From positions 446,308-510,307 of the forward strand of contig CP129477.1 in the NCBI GenBank assembly GCA_030583825.1: a stretch of 64,000 nt of DNA. The letters are read 5' to 3'. The translations under genes and the position numbers were made by a program. Numbering within the stretch: position 1 is the stretch's first letter; each line of letters opens with the position of its first letter. The notes under the pieces are model-generated. The model had not been told where the DNA came from. It ran no database searches and saw only the letters and a program-made list of their open reading frames with translations. The DNA is from Candidatus Dojkabacteria bacterium (GTDB lineage Bacteria > Patescibacteriota > Dojkabacteria > GCA-002793355). This document shows positions 1 to 10,159 of the stretch, piece after piece.

Positions 1-996
1 TAAGTTCACTTCTTGTTTCAGCTTGAAGAAATCAATAATGCTTGAAAGTAGGTTCTTTTTGGGAGGAGTAGTTTCGTCGTCTTCGTCATCATCGCCAGGA
101 GTTGCCGATGGACGGAGTGTTACATTCACAACGGGAGTTGTAGATGTAGGCGTTGGTGCAGTTGTTTGGGTTATTGTCGGGGTAATTGCAGTATTTGCAA
201 ATAGAGGGAGGTCATCAATATCATTTGTGGCAATATCGAGAGACAAAGAAACAGGCGATTGCGATGATGGCACATCTTTTCGAGCAGCTTTTTCTCCTGT
301 GTCAGCAACAATATGCATTACTTCGGAAACAGTGACTGTTTGGGAGCCTGATAAGTCTTTTTTGTAAAATGACGCGGCATTATGAAACCATGTTAAATCA
401 TCTGTAACAACCGTAATGAGGGGGAATAGCGATGTCGTTCCATTGGCAGGGATAATGTAAACCAAAGAGTCGGTGGTACCACTGACAACTTCTCCAAATA
501 CACTAACAACATTTGGTGTTCCTTGTGCAGGTACAGCAGGAGTTTTAAACGAAAATGGCGTCTCTGCCGGAAAACGCGAAGCTCCCGACACTATTTTATA
601 GTAGTATGTTGTGTCAGGCTGCAAGTTGCGAAGAGTCACAATGTGAGTAAAGCGGCTGGAATTATCTGCTCTATCACGAGCATCAATAGCCACCGTATTT
701 ACATTACTTTGATCAGTTCCCCATACAAGGTAGCCTATTTGTTTTTCGCTTGGAGTAGTCCATGCGACAGTAAATGAGTCAAGAGCAACATTGCCAACAA
801 TAACCCGCTGCGGCTCTTCTAATGTGGCACGCGAACGCAAGTCTGAGTTAATTCTCAGCACAAAGTAGACAATCAATGGAGTCGCTATAACGATTATGAA
901 AAAAAGTACAACGATAACAATACTTTTTGTGGTTCTTTTCCATTCTGAAAGCCTTCTGACAAGATTTTGAATTGCGACACCCAATGGATTTGACAC
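1..996 (-). CDS. 3'-truncated (runs off window start) membrane-anchored protein with FN3 / purple-acid-phosphatase-N-like module; paralog of the N-terminus of 3694..7665
   Basis: Absent from ORF track (no stop in window). Manual minus-strand translation: ...RRLSEWKRTTKSIVIVVLFFIIVIATPLIVYFVL (TM) then PQRVIVGNVALDSFTVAWTT...DTTYYYKIV...PT-rich tail, open to position 1. Aligns with ENIRIANVGSNSFTISWTT...KYFFKIG of the 1323-aa protein. Start GTG at 994-996 or TTG at 982-984 (uncertain); in-frame stop upstream at 1027-1029. Confidence 0.5.
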   Translation of the reverse strand, partial: MSNPLGVAIQNLVRRLSEWKRTTKSIVIVVLFFIIVIATPLIVYFVLRINSDLRSRATLEEPQRVIVGNVALDSFTVAWTTPSEKQIGYLVWGTDQSNVNTVAIDARDRADNSSRFTHIVTLRNLQPDTTYYYKIVSGASRFPAETPFSFKTPAVPAQGTPNVVSVFGEVVSGTTDSLVYIIPANGTTSLFPLITVVTDDLTWFHNAASFYKKDLSGSQTVTVSEVMHIVADTGEKAARKDVPSSQSPVSLSLDIATNDIDDLPLFANTAITPTITQTTAPTPTSTTPVVNVTLRPSATPGDDDEDDETTPPKKNLLSSIIDFFKLKQEVNL

Positions 997-1150
997 TCCA
1001 CAGTAAGAAAAGTTATTAGAAGTAAGTTACAGCAAAATTGAAATAGTTTCCAGCTTTCGAAGGAATGCTATAATCAAAAATATTTCTTTGTCACAAGAAA
1101 TCATTATAAAAAACAATGTAAGCAATAATTAAAGGTATTAAATTGATTTA

Positions 1151-1798
1151 TTGAATGATATGAGCGAAAAAACATCTACCCGCATAGAAGCAGAAACAAA
1201 AAAAACTGAAACACCAGTTGCAACAGGAACACCTGTAACAAAAAAGAAAAGTAATTCTGGGTTGATTATTGCACTTGTCGTCCTTATTCTTGTTGTTGGA
1301 CTTTGCTGTGGCCTGCCATTTCTCTTTTTGAGATTCTTCTCAACTTTTATTTCTGACGAATCTATCCGTTCAAATATTCAAAATTCGATTGAACAGTCAA
1401 TTGAAGAAGAACTTCGTAATCAAGGCATTGATGGTGACCTCGATTTTAACTTTGATTCATCAAAAACACAGCCACTCCCGGCAGATTTTCCTGCAGAAGT
1501 GAAGTCTGTAATTCCTGCATCGTGGAAAGATCCCTACAATGTGAACAAGAATATTAGTGACTCTTCGCAGTATTTTGCGTTGTATTCTGTAAGTGGCACC
1601 GACTACAAAGCATTAGCAGGTGAGTTTGAAAGGAATCTTCGTAATCAAGGATGGAACGTTCAGGTTACATCAAACGACGAAACAAGCTCCACAATTGTTA
1701 CCGGAACAAAAACAATTAATGGAAAAGAGTTTCTTGTAAATATTAGCGCGACTCCGCAGGGTGATACTACTGCGATTACGTTAGTCGTGAATTTCTAG
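1151..1798 (+). CDS. hypothetical single-pass membrane protein
   Basis: 215-aa ORF with one TM (LIIALVVLILVVGLCCGLPFLFL); no family recognised; true start may be ATG at 1160. Confidence 0.45.
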   Translation: MNDMSEKTSTRIEAETKKTETPVATGTPVTKKKSNSGLIIALVVLILVVGLCCGLPFLFLRFFSTFISDESIRSNIQNSIEQSIEEELRNQGIDGDLDFNFDSSKTQPLPADFPAEVKSVIPASWKDPYNVNKNISDSSQYFALYSVSGTDYKALAGEFERNLRNQGWNVQVTSNDETSSTIVTGTKTINGKEFLVNISATPQGDTTAITLVVNF

Positions 1799-1838
1799 TA
1801 TAGACGTCACATAATCATATAAGCAGAGCAAATAAAGT

Positions 1839-3632
1839 ATGAGTCCTTTACGCAAAATTGGAATATTCATCGAGAAAGTTGAAGAACGCGTAGGGACTGC
1901 CTCTCTCCTTTTAATGATTCTAATGCTTATTGGGAAAGCCGCTGGCTTTTTCAAACTTCACTTAATTGCACGCTTTTTCGGTATTAGTACCGAATTAGAC
2001 GTCTTTTGGGCAGCATTTGCTCTTCCGGACTTTATCTTTTCGTTGCTCGTTGTCGGAACAGTCAATGCCGCACTTATCCCCGTTTTTATAAAAATACTGA
2101 AAAAAGAAGAAAAGAAGGTACTTTCCCAAACTCTTACCAGCGTCTTACTAATACTTGTCGCATTGCTGATTTTATTCGGAACTGTCTTTTATTTCTTGAT
2201 TCCATTTGTTGCCCATGCCCTCTTTTCCGGACAGGAAATTTGGGGTGTTATCCGCCTTGATCCGGTACTTTCTGAAGCAAGTACCGAAGAATATATTCAA
2301 TTGTACATAACACTAAGCCGTATGATGCTGGCTTCTCCATTCATTTTGTCGGTCAGCAGCATTTTGGGAGCGTATTTACAATCGCATAAGCGATTTCTAT
2401 ACGCATCTTTGGCACCAGTCGCGTACAATGTGGGAATTCTTGCAGCAATCGGTTTCTTTACCTTCTTTGCACCTCAATTTGGCATTTACTCTTTGGGTTA
2501 CGCAGTTATTTTTGGAAGCTTATGTCATTTGCTCATTCAACTGCCGGGGATTTTCGCGCTCTACACACCAACACCTATTCGACTGACACTCTCTAAACAT
2601 GTGCGAGAAATTTTTAAGCTTTCTATTCCAAGAGTATTAGGTCTCACTGTCGAACAGTTTGCAGTTTTGTTTAATACATTCCTTAGTTTTACCCTTGGAG
2701 CTGGAGCATTAAGTGCTTTCTCGTTTGCAAACTCACTACGTGCGCTGCCTGTTGATCTTCTGTCAGGAAGCTTTCTACAGGCGATGTTCCCTCATTTAAA
2801 TGAAGCAGCTCAAAAAGACGACGACAAAGAGGAATTAAAGGTGCTCTACTTCCGCGCATTGATGCTTATTCTCATTGTTGGCATTCTTCTCATGGTGCTC
2901 GTGCTCATTTTGCGAATGCCGATCGTCCGTATCATCTTTGGAGCAGGACGTTTCTCATGGTCGGCAACAGTGGTAACGTCCTTTGTCCTTGCATTCTTTG
3001 CCCCGACAATCCTCTTTCAGGCAATTGCTTCCCTTAATATTAGAACGTTTTATGCAATCAATAACACGAAAGTGCCCTTTGCGATAAGCGCCGTTGGCGT
3101 CGTTCTTTCTATTCTCTTCAGCGTATTTTTCACGAACTTTTTCTCGCATTATCACGACTTTACAAGGCTGTTTAGCGATTTTACGAGTAACCCTATTGCG
3201 TTTGACTATATTGGCAGCATTATCAGCATGTTTTCATGGTTTATTATCAGAAATCAATCATTTGCAGCAGTTGCAGGGCTCGCATTCGGACTTTCCTGTG
3301 CACTCTTTTTTGAAGTTGTCGTTAGTCTGGCATTGCTGTCGCGACAGATTAAATTCACTCCGTTCATTCGCAAAAATGAATATATCCTAAACGACATTTA
3401 TCTGCTTGTAGCATCCGGACTTGGCTCAATGGGCATTGGATATATCGTTTTTAGGACACTTGATGAATTTGTACTAAACACTGCATATACATTTCAGCTT
3501 ATTGTTTTGACAGTTATCGTCGGAATAGTTATAAGCAGTGTTTACATATTTCTCTCTAAAAATGTATGGCGGAAGTATATAATTATTGAGAAATACAAAA
3601 AATATTTTTCACGTTATTTTCACAGGAAGTAA
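1839..3632 (+). CDS. murJ: lipid II flippase MurJ/MviN family
   Basis: 597 aa, polytopic; N-terminus GKAAGFFKLHLIARFFGISTELDVFWAAFALPDFIFSLLVVGTVNAALIPVF matches the conserved MurJ N-terminal signature. Confidence 0.7.
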   Translation: MSPLRKIGIFIEKVEERVGTASLLLMILMLIGKAAGFFKLHLIARFFGISTELDVFWAAFALPDFIFSLLVVGTVNAALIPVFIKILKKEEKKVLSQTLTSVLLILVALLILFGTVFYFLIPFVAHALFSGQEIWGVIRLDPVLSEASTEEYIQLYITLSRMMLASPFILSVSSILGAYLQSHKRFLYASLAPVAYNVGILAAIGFFTFFAPQFGIYSLGYAVIFGSLCHLLIQLPGIFALYTPTPIRLTLSKHVREIFKLSIPRVLGLTVEQFAVLFNTFLSFTLGAGALSAFSFANSLRALPVDLLSGSFLQAMFPHLNEAAQKDDDKEELKVLYFRALMLILIVGILLMVLVLILRMPIVRIIFGAGRFSWSATVVTSFVLAFFAPTILFQAIASLNIRTFYAINNTKVPFAISAVGVVLSILFSVFFTNFFSHYHDFTRLFSDFTSNPIAFDYIGSIISMFSWFIIRNQSFAAVAGLAFGLSCALFFEVVVSLALLSRQIKFTPFIRKNEYILNDIYLLVASGLGSMGIGYIVFRTLDEFVLNTAYTFQLIVLTVIVGIVISSVYIFLSKNVWRKYIIIEKYKKYFSRYFHRK

Positions 3633-3693
3633 GCTTGCGCTCAGGGTCAAATTGTTCTACTATGATAATTAATTGACCTTTTTGAGCTGAACA

Positions 3694-6600
3694 ATGAACT
3701 TGCCCAAAATTTTCAGCCAGCAACTAAACAAACTTTCACGTTTTAAAGGAGCTTTCCTTTTCGCGTTGCTGACTATTGTCATTCTTACTGTTATCTACTA
3801 CGCAGGATACTTTCTTGGGCCAAAACCCGAAAATATTCGTATTGCGAATGTGGGCAGCAATTCATTTACCATCTCCTGGACGACAAAAACTCCTGACGTT
3901 GGGACTATTTACTACTCTTCAAGCGAATCATTCCTTAATGTTCCAGCACCATTTTCATTGTTTTTCTCTCAAAAAGCATTTGACGACAGAGATGTCGCTC
4001 AGTACGAAATTGAAAAAGTCACGAATGAAAAGGTCTCACTTTCTCAAGGTAAATACTATTCTCACTCTGTAACAGTAAAAGGACTGGAGTTTTCAAGCAA
4101 ATACTTCTTTAAAATCGGAAATAACTTTTTTGCATACGGTGGAAAAAATTTGCTCACTCGAGATGCATTTCTTTCAGAGGCAGCAATTTCTGACGAGCTA
4201 TCGGTAGTAACATTGCCGTTCTCAAATAACCTTCGCGCACCAGACCCGTCATTCGGACTGGTACTGAATCAAGATGGATCCCCGGCGAAAGATAAAATCA
4301 TTACAGTTCATTTTTTGAACGGGCAACAGCTTGATGTTCCTTTGACCAACATGCTCTCTACTATCACAGGCGAAGAAGGCGATTATTACATTGATTTATC
4401 TAACGCGAAAAGCTTTCTTACCGGTGAAGATATATTTCTTGAAGAATCGGGCGAGATTTTACAAATAATCACAATTATTGACGAACGAGGTATTCGCAAC
4501 GAGCAGCAGATTCCAATTACATTAAATGCGCCTGTAGGAGATATTTATCTCTCTGACGAATATACTGACGGTGTGACTTCTCAATTATCAGTGGAACAGG
4601 TTTTTGCGAACTCTGGGCCAAAGGCAAGCTATTCACCAGAAACAGCTGACTATATTTCTGCAATGTTACCAGTTCAAACAGTATATGGCCAAGGAACAAA
4701 CGACTGTACTAATAAAAACTGTGGTGCTGGACAATGTTGGACAGGTGACAATCCAAACGACGGTGGATGGGCCTGCCGATGTAATAATGGAACAATGATT
4801 GGGCCAAATACATCACCAAAAACATGTTTAGATCAGGCTCCATTGCCTCCTCCACCTTCTGGTGGGCCAACTGGCAACGATTGTACAGGAAGAAGTTGTG
4901 GATCTTACGGAACATGTGATCCTTGGACAAATCCAAATGACGGTGGATGGGCTTGTCGTTGTAATAACGGAACCATTATGGGCCCGGACAAAAATATAAA
5001 AACATGTCCTGCACCTGCAGTTGCGCCAGCTCCAACACAAGCACCCGCAAGTTGTCAGTGTAGTGGGGGTACATTTTATGGCGGAGCTGCTATTCCTCCA
5101 TCATCAACAAGATGTGGCTCAACACAGCAATTCTGTGGAGCAGATCGAAACTCATATGCGTGTACAGCCCAAGGATGGGCGTATGTAGGAGCAGGCTGCG
5201 CAAACGCAATAGGAGCGCCTGCACCGACGCAAATTCCACCAGTAAAAACACCAGTACCAACGCCAACACCGACTTCTCAAATAAAAGTCTGTCCAACAGG
5301 AAGAGCTCTTACAGCTCAAGAAGTCCCTTGTACTTGCGCTACTGCAAATATGTCAATTAGTGCAGCAGGAACAGTGTGTCCTGCTATAACAGCAACACCT
5401 GTAGTTCAGACATCTTGCCCTGCAAACACTCCTATAAATAGTGGCCCTATACAATTTGTCAGTAAACCTCAAGCAAGCTGTGTTTCAGCAACCGTTAATG
5501 GAACATCTGTTTGGTGTTGCCCTGCAGCAGTAGTATCTACACCAGTACCAACAGTTATTAACGACTGTACCGGAAAAACATGTGGTAGCTACGGATCGTG
5601 TATTACTGGCCCAAATCCAAATGATGGCGGATGGGGATGTCAGTGTAACAATGGATCAACGATTCAACCGAACACTCATCCATATAAAATCTGTCCCGCA
5701 CCAAACACGAATCTCGGCTGCGATGGGAATGGTGGATGTCTAGGCGGAGCAAACGGAAATACCTGCGTATACAATGGCACAGTGGGAAGCATTCAATATG
5801 CAGGCCAAGCATGCTACCAATGTGTAAATGGCGCATGGGGACTGGCTTCTGACCAAAATAAATGCCGTGTTCCAAACCCAACAAGCTGTCAGCCAAATCA
5901 AACGCTTCATAGTGGTACAAAGCCAAGTGGTTATAGCGCATCTCGTTGTACGGGAGGAGATCAAGGCCATACCGGTATTTCGGAATCGGGACAACAATTT
6001 CAATATTGGTGCTGTAACCCACTTCCAATTGCATGTCCAAATAACTTGCCTAGAAATCTTGGCCCAATAGACAGAGTACCTAATCGTCCTGCTGCAAGCT
6101 GTGTAAGCACCCAATTAAGTGGAGGAACATCATGGTGCTGTCCACCAGTAGTTGCGACTCCGACTCCTACACCAACACCTATTGTGACAGTAGTCGCAAC
6201 GCCAACTCCGGCACCAACTGTTGCAACATGTCGTCACAATGTAGTTCTTGGAAATGCTGAATTACCATGTTTCTGTGATGGAACACCACAAGGACAAATT
6301 ACAACACGCTCTCAAGAAAAAGTCTGCCGTCATTTGCTCGGATCAGGATTTGCAGCATGCGGAAACCGCGATCCTTACGGCGTCCCTATGATGTGTCAGA
6401 TTCGCACCGGAATGAACGCAACGGCAACACATTACAGTGCAACATGGGATGGAGATGGTATTCCAGAAAGAAGACCTCTCAACTCAACATACTGCCCTCC
6501 TTTTGATTACACTGGAAGCAACCCTCTTAACAACGACATTGCTCATGGAGCATCAACATTTAGCTTAACAACAGAGAGATATCGTTGTAATAATGGCACA

Positions 6601-7665
6601 TGGGAACGTATAGAAGGAAAAAGTTTCGAGTTTTATGTTCCGGCAACTCCTGGTAGTGATCATCTTATATTGGCCCTGATCCCTACATCTCGATGTGATC
6701 CTTCTATTGAACAGCGAAGCTCAACAAGTACATCGCCTTCATGTAGAAGCGTTACCCCAAGTGCAGCCGAAGGCCCTGGCAATTATTATTGTTGTCCGAA
6801 AATAAATCCTGATGTTCCGGCACAACCTCAATCAAGCGCGCCAAGCCTTATTGCAACAGCATATGCACAGGCAGAACAAAGCAATAAAGTCGTTGTTATT
6901 AATGACCAAAATGTTGCATTCTTGCAAGATGGAGTCTATCGTTTTACTCTCAATGGCAAAACATACGTGGTTGAGGTTGCAGGAGCGACAAGTGACTCGC
7001 GTATTTACCTCGATGAGAATAAAAATAACCAGAAAGACGCGAATGAAAAATATATTGATGAGATTCAAAAATTATCTGAAATTTCGATAGAATCAGTGAC
7101 TCAAAAATATACATACACCTTTAAGCCTGGATTCAACTTTGTGGCATTTCCATTTGTTATGCAGGAAGATATGACAAAAGCCTCGCAATTGTTGGCACAT
7201 CTTAAAAAATCAGGATCATTCGTATTAGTATCTTCATATGATGGTGGATGGAAAACTATCACTTCAGCAGATGATTCTGCCAATCAAAGCAGTAACTTTG
7301 CCATTCAACCCGGTAGAGGATACGTCATACGTTTACTGGATTCAGAACCGGTATCGGTCAGTTTCACAGGTTTTCCTGTAAGAAACTCTGCAGCGCTCAG
7401 TCTTAGTCGAGGATGGAACCTTATTGGCGTATACAATTCAAATAAAACGTACTTGGCAACAACCCTGATCAGTGACATTATGAAAAAGAACATAGAAGCA
7501 GTAAATGTCACTAGATTTGACGATGCATTGTATTCCGGTATTCAAGTTGAAGGCACACGAAAGTATGGTTTTGACTTCCCTATCGAGCATGATAAAGGCT
7601 ACTTTATCAATATCAGAACGCTTCCTAATACGAACGATAGAGCTCTCAATTGGAGCGCGGAATAA
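3694..7665 (+). CDS. giant membrane-anchored cell-surface protein: N-terminal FN3-like module, EGF-like Cys-rich repeats, Pro/Thr linkers
   Basis: 1323-aa ORF, N-terminal TM. Three ~43-aa six-Cys repeats NDCTxxxCGxxxCxxxxNPNDGGWxCxCNNG...C (nt ~4693-4830, 4876-5010, 5563-5700). Second repeat type ASCVS...WCCP(A/P)VV followed by PT runs (nt ~5470-5560 and ~6090-6230). Confidence 0.7.
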   Translation: MNLPKIFSQQLNKLSRFKGAFLFALLTIVILTVIYYAGYFLGPKPENIRIANVGSNSFTISWTTKTPDVGTIYYSSSESFLNVPAPFSLFFSQKAFDDRDVAQYEIEKVTNEKVSLSQGKYYSHSVTVKGLEFSSKYFFKIGNNFFAYGGKNLLTRDAFLSEAAISDELSVVTLPFSNNLRAPDPSFGLVLNQDGSPAKDKIITVHFLNGQQLDVPLTNMLSTITGEEGDYYIDLSNAKSFLTGEDIFLEESGEILQIITIIDERGIRNEQQIPITLNAPVGDIYLSDEYTDGVTSQLSVEQVFANSGPKASYSPETADYISAMLPVQTVYGQGTNDCTNKNCGAGQCWTGDNPNDGGWACRCNNGTMIGPNTSPKTCLDQAPLPPPPSGGPTGNDCTGRSCGSYGTCDPWTNPNDGGWACRCNNGTIMGPDKNIKTCPAPAVAPAPTQAPASCQCSGGTFYGGAAIPPSSTRCGSTQQFCGADRNSYACTAQGWAYVGAGCANAIGAPAPTQIPPVKTPVPTPTPTSQIKVCPTGRALTAQEVPCTCATANMSISAAGTVCPAITATPVVQTSCPANTPINSGPIQFVSKPQASCVSATVNGTSVWCCPAAVVSTPVPTVINDCTGKTCGSYGSCITGPNPNDGGWGCQCNNGSTIQPNTHPYKICPAPNTNLGCDGNGGCLGGANGNTCVYNGTVGSIQYAGQACYQCVNGAWGLASDQNKCRVPNPTSCQPNQTLHSGTKPSGYSASRCTGGDQGHTGISESGQQFQYWCCNPLPIACPNNLPRNLGPIDRVPNRPAASCVSTQLSGGTSWCCPPVVATPTPTPTPIVTVVATPTPAPTVATCRHNVVLGNAELPCFCDGTPQGQITTRSQEKVCRHLLGSGFAACGNRDPYGVPMMCQIRTGMNATATHYSATWDGDGIPERRPLNSTYCPPFDYTGSNPLNNDIAHGASTFSLTTERYRCNNGTWERIEGKSFEFYVPATPGSDHLILALIPTSRCDPSIEQRSSTSTSPSCRSVTPSAAEGPGNYYCCPKINPDVPAQPQSSAPSLIATAYAQAEQSNKVVVINDQNVAFLQDGVYRFTLNGKTYVVEVAGATSDSRIYLDENKNNQKDANEKYIDEIQKLSEISIESVTQKYTYTFKPGFNFVAFPFVMQEDMTKASQLLAHLKKSGSFVLVSSYDGGWKTITSADDSANQSSNFAIQPGRGYVIRLLDSEPVSVSFTGFPVRNSAALSLSRGWNLIGVYNSNKTYLATTLISDIMKKNIEAVNVTRFDDALYSGIQVEGTRKYGFDFPIEHDKGYFINIRTLPNTNDRALNWSAE

Positions 7666-7754
7666 TTAGTAAGCTTTACATCAATAGGATTGAAAGAGAA
7701 AACTGTTGCTTGCTCAGTTACGTATTAATACGAATACGGATTATGAAAAAGGCG

Positions 7755-10088
7755 TTAAAATTCCTCTCCTGAGCCCTTTTCTCCAAAGACATCTTCAAGG
7801 CCTGAAACGAGTACTTCACGAGGCTTACTGCCACTTCCTGGAGCAACAATTCCCATCTCTGTCATTTGATCAATAAGTCGTGCTGCACGGTTAAATCCAA
7901 TCTTTAAATAGCGCTGTAAAGACGATGCTGAAGCTTTCCCTTGCTGAGTGACTAAAGCAACTGCTTGCCTGAATAATGGATCGTCCATGCCGTCAACGCT
8001 CATAACACCGCCTGTGCCTGCTCCACCAGACTCAGATGCCTGCATTTCTTCCATAAGCCTTGGATCGTACCAATTTTCTTCAGCATTAAGCAATTTAGCT
8101 CGCTGTTTAATAAAGTCGGTAATACGGTTGATTTCTTTTGTTGAGATAAACGCTGCTTGTACACGTCGTGTTTTGCCTGCATTCGGACTTTTTACGAGCA
8201 TATCACCCTTTCCAATAAGGCTTTCTGCTCCAACGTCATCAAGAATAACGCGAGAATCTACCCCACTGGTTACTCCAAGTGCAATACGCGCCGGAATATT
8301 GGCTTTAATTAAGCCTGTAATAACGTTTACGCTTGGACGTTGCGTTGCGAGAATCAGGTGAATTCCAGTTGCACGTGCAAGTTGTGCTAGACGAACAATC
8401 TTCTGCTCAACTTCTGCCTTTTTGGTCAAAATAAGGTCGGCCATTTCATCAATTGCGAGAATCAAATACGGCAGGCGATATGGTGATTGCTCGTTAAATT
8501 CGTCAAGATTTCGGACGCCTTTCTCTTTAAATAGCTTGTAACGCTGGGTCATTTCCCAAATCGCCCAATCAAGCGCACTGACTACTTTATCCATATCTGT
8601 AATAACGGGTGCAACAAGGTACGGAAGGTCGTTATACACCGACATTTCGACCATTTTTGGGTCAACGAGAATCATTTTTAGCTCATCCGGAGTAAACTTC
8701 ATCAAAAAGCCCATTAACAGATCATTGATTGTTACAGATTTACCGGTTCCAGTTGCTCCAGCCACCAATAAGTGAGGCATCTGTTGTAAGTCTTCGACTA
8801 CAATATCGCCACGAACATCCTTTCCAATGGCAAGCGGTAAACGGCGTAAGTCTTTAGACATTTCTTTTGTCTCAAGGACTTCCCGTAAGCGAACCATCTG
8901 CGATTGCTGGCGGGGCACTTCAATACCAACAAGCGATGTTCCACTAATGCTCGCAATACGAATAGATTCCGATGCCGATGCGAGTGCAAGGCCAATATCT
9001 TTGGAAAGGCCTGTAATTTTCGAGACTTTTGTTCCCGGAGCAAGATTTAGCGCATACTGAATAATTGTTGGGCCGACAAAAATCTTTGCCACACGGGCCT
9101 GAATCTTAAACGTTGCCAGTGTCTGCTCTATTTGCTTACCTCTTTCGTACACATCTTCTTCTTTAAACTTGTCAGGACTGGATGGTTCGAGCAAGTCTAA
9201 TGGAGGAAAGACCCAATCTCCGAACTTTGGCGTGTATCGTGTGCGAAATTCTGCGTCGAGATCAGAAGCATCATCTTCGTTGTCATCGCCTGCTCCATCA
9301 CCTGATTTACCTTGCAAATCTGGGCCATACGACACTTTGATTTTCCCTCCTTTGTTGTCATCGTCTACTCCAAGCGCAGGAAGGTCAATTTCTTCGACTT
9401 CTTTTTCCCGGCTTGATATATGAAGGATATTTTCTTCATCGAGCTCATCGCTTTCTTTCTTTTGCCCTGAAATGATTTCTGCAGCATTTTCATCTTTTTT
9501 CTGATGTGCTACCAATTCTGGCTTCGGCATCTTTTCTCCTAATGCTGTAAACATACTAGACAAAATTCTATAGAAAAATGTAAACACCGTGTTCATAATA
9601 TCACCGAATTGTGCAAGCGAGATCCCACTTAAAATAGAGACAGCAACAATAAGTACCGAGAGTAAAATACCCAATTCTGCAGGTCTTCCTACAATATTAA
9701 ACAGCTGCTGGTGGAGAAATAACCCAATAATTCCGCCACCTTCACCTTGAGAGGCACGCAAAGATTGAACGTCCACCGGAATCCAGAAAGTCAGCATTGG
9801 CAGCAAAGTGAGTAATAGCAATGCAAGTCCGGAGATAAAACGCTCAGTTGTAAAAAATAGCTTTACACCAATAAGGCGAAATCCCATGCATACGAAAATT
9901 GCTCCTAACACATATGTTGTTTGACCAAAATTGCGCAAGATAAGTTGAGGAATCGTTCCTGTAAGAGAGTTGTTAACAAAAAGAGAAACACCAATAGCAA
10001 GAAAAATAAAACCCATAAATACCTGAGTTTCCCGGCTTTTTATTGTTATTTCTCCGCTTTTTTTAGGGGGGCGTCCTCGTTTTGCCAT
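7755..10088 (-). CDS. ftsK: DNA translocase FtsK/SpoIIIE
   Basis: N-terminal TMs, Walker A VAGATGTGKS, Walker B LILAIDEMADL, ATQRPSVNVITG motif, C-terminal winged-helix gamma domain (QAVALVTQQGKASASSLQRYLKIGFNRAARLIDQMTEMGIV). Confidence 0.9.
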   Translation of the reverse strand: MAKRGRPPKKSGEITIKSRETQVFMGFIFLAIGVSLFVNNSLTGTIPQLILRNFGQTTYVLGAIFVCMGFRLIGVKLFFTTERFISGLALLLLTLLPMLTFWIPVDVQSLRASQGEGGGIIGLFLHQQLFNIVGRPAELGILLSVLIVAVSILSGISLAQFGDIMNTVFTFFYRILSSMFTALGEKMPKPELVAHQKKDENAAEIISGQKKESDELDEENILHISSREKEVEEIDLPALGVDDDNKGGKIKVSYGPDLQGKSGDGAGDDNEDDASDLDAEFRTRYTPKFGDWVFPPLDLLEPSSPDKFKEEDVYERGKQIEQTLATFKIQARVAKIFVGPTIIQYALNLAPGTKVSKITGLSKDIGLALASASESIRIASISGTSLVGIEVPRQQSQMVRLREVLETKEMSKDLRRLPLAIGKDVRGDIVVEDLQQMPHLLVAGATGTGKSVTINDLLMGFLMKFTPDELKMILVDPKMVEMSVYNDLPYLVAPVITDMDKVVSALDWAIWEMTQRYKLFKEKGVRNLDEFNEQSPYRLPYLILAIDEMADLILTKKAEVEQKIVRLAQLARATGIHLILATQRPSVNVITGLIKANIPARIALGVTSGVDSRVILDDVGAESLIGKGDMLVKSPNAGKTRRVQAAFISTKEINRITDFIKQRAKLLNAEENWYDPRLMEEMQASESGGAGTGGVMSVDGMDDPLFRQAVALVTQQGKASASSLQRYLKIGFNRAARLIDQMTEMGIVAPGSGSKPREVLVSGLEDVFGEKGSGEEF

Positions 10089-10159
10089 GAACCATTATAT
10101 CACGATTTTACCGAGCGGATGGTATCAGAGAATATGAAATACAAAACTGTTTTTATGCT

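Noticed and set aside
23-777. ORF-track plus-strand ORFs 23..367 and 523..777
   Set aside because: They lie antisense to the long open minus-strand gene (1..996) with a recognisable FN3-like module; low-complexity translation and no motifs.
4690-5700. Possibility that the internal repeats in 3694..7665 are DGR template/variable repeats
   Set aside because: Copies differ by scattered synonymous-type substitutions at all four bases (no adenine-specific pattern), and no reverse transcriptase ORF is present in the window.
7721-7732. Perfect palindrome CGTATTAATACG between convergent genes 3694..7665 and ftsK
   Set aside because: A 12-bp AT-rich palindrome with no loop or T-run is a weak terminator candidate; possibly a restriction or regulatory site, but not supportable from sequence alone.
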